A stretch of DNA of 57,619 bases, taken from contig JAFUFH010000091.1 in NCBI GenBank assembly GCA_017470005.1, positions 1-57,619 on the forward strand, in the 5' to 3' direction. Origin of the DNA: Bacilli bacterium. Lineage in GTDB: Bacteria > Bacillota_I > Bacilli_A > RFN20 > CAG-288. The stretch's first letter is position 1. Each line of letters begins with the position of its first letter. Of this stretch, positions 55,818 to 57,619 are shown piece after piece. The notes under the pieces are model-generated. The model was not told the origin of the DNA. It ran no database searches and saw only the letters and a list, made by a program, of their open reading frames with translations. A program made the position numbers and the translations under genes.

Positions 55818-57041
55818 ATGAAATGTCCCTATTGTCAACATGAAAATATTGACGATGCCTTGTTTTGTGCAGAATGTGGTAAAAGTTTTCAAGATAGTGA
55901 TGTCAAAGAAGTTGTCGCTCAACCGGTTTTAAAAGGTCAGAGCGTGCAGTTAGAAAAAGAGACGAAAGAGAGAAAATTGAATCCGAGAGCAGAAGCAAAT
56001 TCTAACGCCTTCTTTTATCTCTTTGCTTCCATCATCTCCTTAGTGGTCTTTGTCTTATTCTTGGTTCTCTCCTGGTCAGATGTCTTTATCTATTACATCA
56101 CTGGTCAAGGAAGAAATGTCGCCTTAAACTTTGATTACATCATCAATGGTATCTGGCAAGAGAATGGAACCGATGGGTCCACTCCTCTTCCCGCTGTGAT
56201 TGCCGTTCTTGTCACGGTGGTCTATGTTCTCCGTCTGGTGGGTATCTATTTCTTCTCCATCAAAGGAATCATCAAGACAGCGACAAACCTGAAAGAGAAT
56301 CGCTTTGTCTCTATCAACGATATCGTTTATATCTTCTTGATCAACCTCTTCACCACCTCAATCTTACTCAACCTCATCTCCCCTCAAGCTTCCAATGCCG
56401 TGAACGCAAGTGTGCGTATCGGTGTCGGTCCTATCGTCATCAATGTCTTTGCCGTCATCGCTATCGCCATCATCTTTATCTTCCGTCTATTTGCCAAAGA
56501 TGACAAATCCAAGAAACTTCACATCGCGATTCTTCTCATCTCCATGTTCTTCCTCTGCGCCTTGATGTTTGCTTTCTACAATAGAGCCTTTGGCTTCCTT
56601 GTAACCAAGAGTTATTCTCCTGGATACGATATGGGCTTCTTGAATGTGCTATGGTATGCCTCTCTCTATCCTAAGGATCTTCCTTCTTACAACATCTATC
56701 TTGCTACGGGTATCATCAATGTCGTGATCTACTTTGCTCTCATCACTTGCCTTGTTTGGTTAGCTCTTGATGCTACTAGCGCCTTATTTGAAGGAAAGGT
56801 GAGAAAGTCTATGACTCTTCTTCCTATCATCATCTCTGGTTTATCCTTCGTCTCCTTGTTTATCACTGCAATCTGCGGTAACAATTTCCTACAAACATTC
56901 GGATATGGAGACTTTGATTACTCCAATATCGTCACTCAGTTCTCCTTTTCCACAATCTTGATGGCTCTCTCTATCGTCGTTTCCATCTTAGATAAGAGAA
57001 CCAATAAACCACAAGAAAACAAAACCGAAGTTGAAGCATAA
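55818..57041 (+). CDS. Zinc-ribbon domain multi-pass membrane protein
   Basis: MKCPYC...FCAECG N-terminal zinc ribbon followed by many hydrophobic segments. Confidence 0.75.
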   Translation: MKCPYCQHENIDDALFCAECGKSFQDSDVKEVVAQPVLKGQSVQLEKETKERKLNPRAEANSNAFFYLFASIISLVVFVLFLVLSWSDVFIYYITGQGRNVALNFDYIINGIWQENGTDGSTPLPAVIAVLVTVVYVLRLVGIYFFSIKGIIKTATNLKENRFVSINDIVYIFLINLFTTSILLNLISPQASNAVNASVRIGVGPIVINVFAVIAIAIIFIFRLFAKDDKSKKLHIAILLISMFFLCALMFAFYNRAFGFLVTKSYSPGYDMGFLNVLWYASLYPKDLPSYNIYLATGIINVVIYFALITCLVWLALDATSALFEGKVRKSMTLLPIIISGLSFVSLFITAICGNNFLQTFGYGDFDYSNIVTQFSFSTILMALSIVVSILDKRTNKPQENKTEVEA

Positions 57042-57053
57042 AAATCGAAAACC

Positions 57054-57079
57054 AAAAAGAGGGCTTAAGGCCCTCTTTT
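57054..57079. terminator. Bidirectional terminator
   Basis: AAAAAGAGGGC-TTAAG-GCCCTCTTTT. Confidence 0.85.
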
Positions 57080-57200
57080 ATTACTGATTGTTTATTCGTT
57101 GCCTGCCCAACGCCAGATGATATCACATCTGTAAGGAAGGGGGATGCAGGTTGTCGTGTCAGTACACGGCAAGAGTGGATAACAAGGACTCTTGCTACGT
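57054..57200 (-). ncRNA. Candidate ~145-nt structured small RNA
   Basis: Consensus promoter upstream, terminator downstream, nested stems, no convincing ORF. Confidence 0.55.
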
Positions 57201-57204
57201 GTTT

Positions 57205-57233
57205 ATTCTAACAAATGTAAGCGCTTATTTCAA
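57205..57233 (-). promoter_or_regulatory. sigmaA-type promoter for the candidate sRNA
   Basis: TTGAAA (57233-57228), 17 nt, TG-t-TAGAAT (57210-57205). Confidence 0.7.
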
Positions 57234-57374
57234 CTGATTTAAGGCAATATTTCTTATTTTTATCTAAGGCCGAATTAACAATAGAGAATGGAATAGAGAA
57301 GGTCAATGCCGGTAGTTTTACAGTTCGTGCCCTCCTTCCGTGATTTCTGAATTTCCGAATTTTCCCATGCCCAC

Positions 57375-57394
57375 GGCCGTTTCGGCCTTTTTTT
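57375..57394 (+). terminator. Hairpin plus T run upstream of the transposase
   Basis: GGCCG-TTT-CGGCC-T7. Confidence 0.55.
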
Positions 57395-57478
57395 GATGTA
57401 AAAATTTTGTCAAATTGTTAATTTTTTTGTAGTAAAAATACGCAAAATGTGGTAAAATAGTGTAGGAGGACGTATCAT

Positions 57479-57619
57479 ATGCAGAAAGGCTATTCCTTTG
57501 TCTATACCCCGGCCAAGAACGGGGAGACCGCCGTTTACATAAAAAGAAACTACCGGGACGCCGCCGGAAGGTCGCGCTCCATATCCATCGGAAAGGTCGG
57601 GCTCCGCAGCTCCTTCCCC
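57479..57619 (+). mobile_element. 5' end of a probable IS1634-family transposase (runs off the window)
   Basis: GGAGG RBS, MQKGYSFVYTPAKNGETAVYIKRNYRDAAGRSRSISIGKVG..., GC-rich codons unlike host genes; resembles IS1634 N-termini (YI..SYRD..GK.R....G). Confidence 0.6.

Noticed and set aside
57083-57163. 6S RNA call for the sRNA candidate
   Set aside because: The rod-like domain is only about 80 nt and lacks a long 5'-3' closing stem around a central bubble. It cannot be supported without a covariance-model search.

Overview
This is a chromosomal segment of a low-GC, reduced-genome member of Bacilli. The lineage is inferred to be Erysipelotrichales/Mollicutes-related and uncultured-gut-type, and it uses code 11. 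Most of the window is housekeeping: ldh; pyk-ROK-thrS; dnaB-dnaI-C39-ybeY/cdd-era-recO-glyS-dnaG-rpoD-trmK-second sigma; ispH; apt-rel; hisS-aspS-DEAD helicase; ispG; rpmG-efp-yneF; plsY/parE-parC-yqeG-yqeH-nadD*/yqeK/rsfS-mtnN; then a minus-strand block tex-asp23-nusB-xseAB-dxs-recN-dinB-xerD-deoB. A 28-bp dif site at 43239-43266 coincides with the switch in gene orientation, so the window most likely spans the replication terminus. The dif site sits in a ~620-bp AT-rich spacer packed with TAGT/ACTA repeats. A 4.4-kb island between rel and hisS holds RHS toxin debris, each piece coupled to a small partner gene (a probable orphan-immunity array), and carries two copies of a 115-bp promoter module. 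Other oddities are a divergent second sigma-70 gene behind rpoD, trmK apparently starting at ATT, a DnaI lacking Walker A, a C39 peptidase-membrane protein without an ATPase domain, an EF-P with a non-canonical tip loop, and a structured sRNA candidate with an exposed anti-Shine-Dalgarno tract beside an IS1634-like transposase start at the right edge. All calls come from reading the sequence; no database searches were run.
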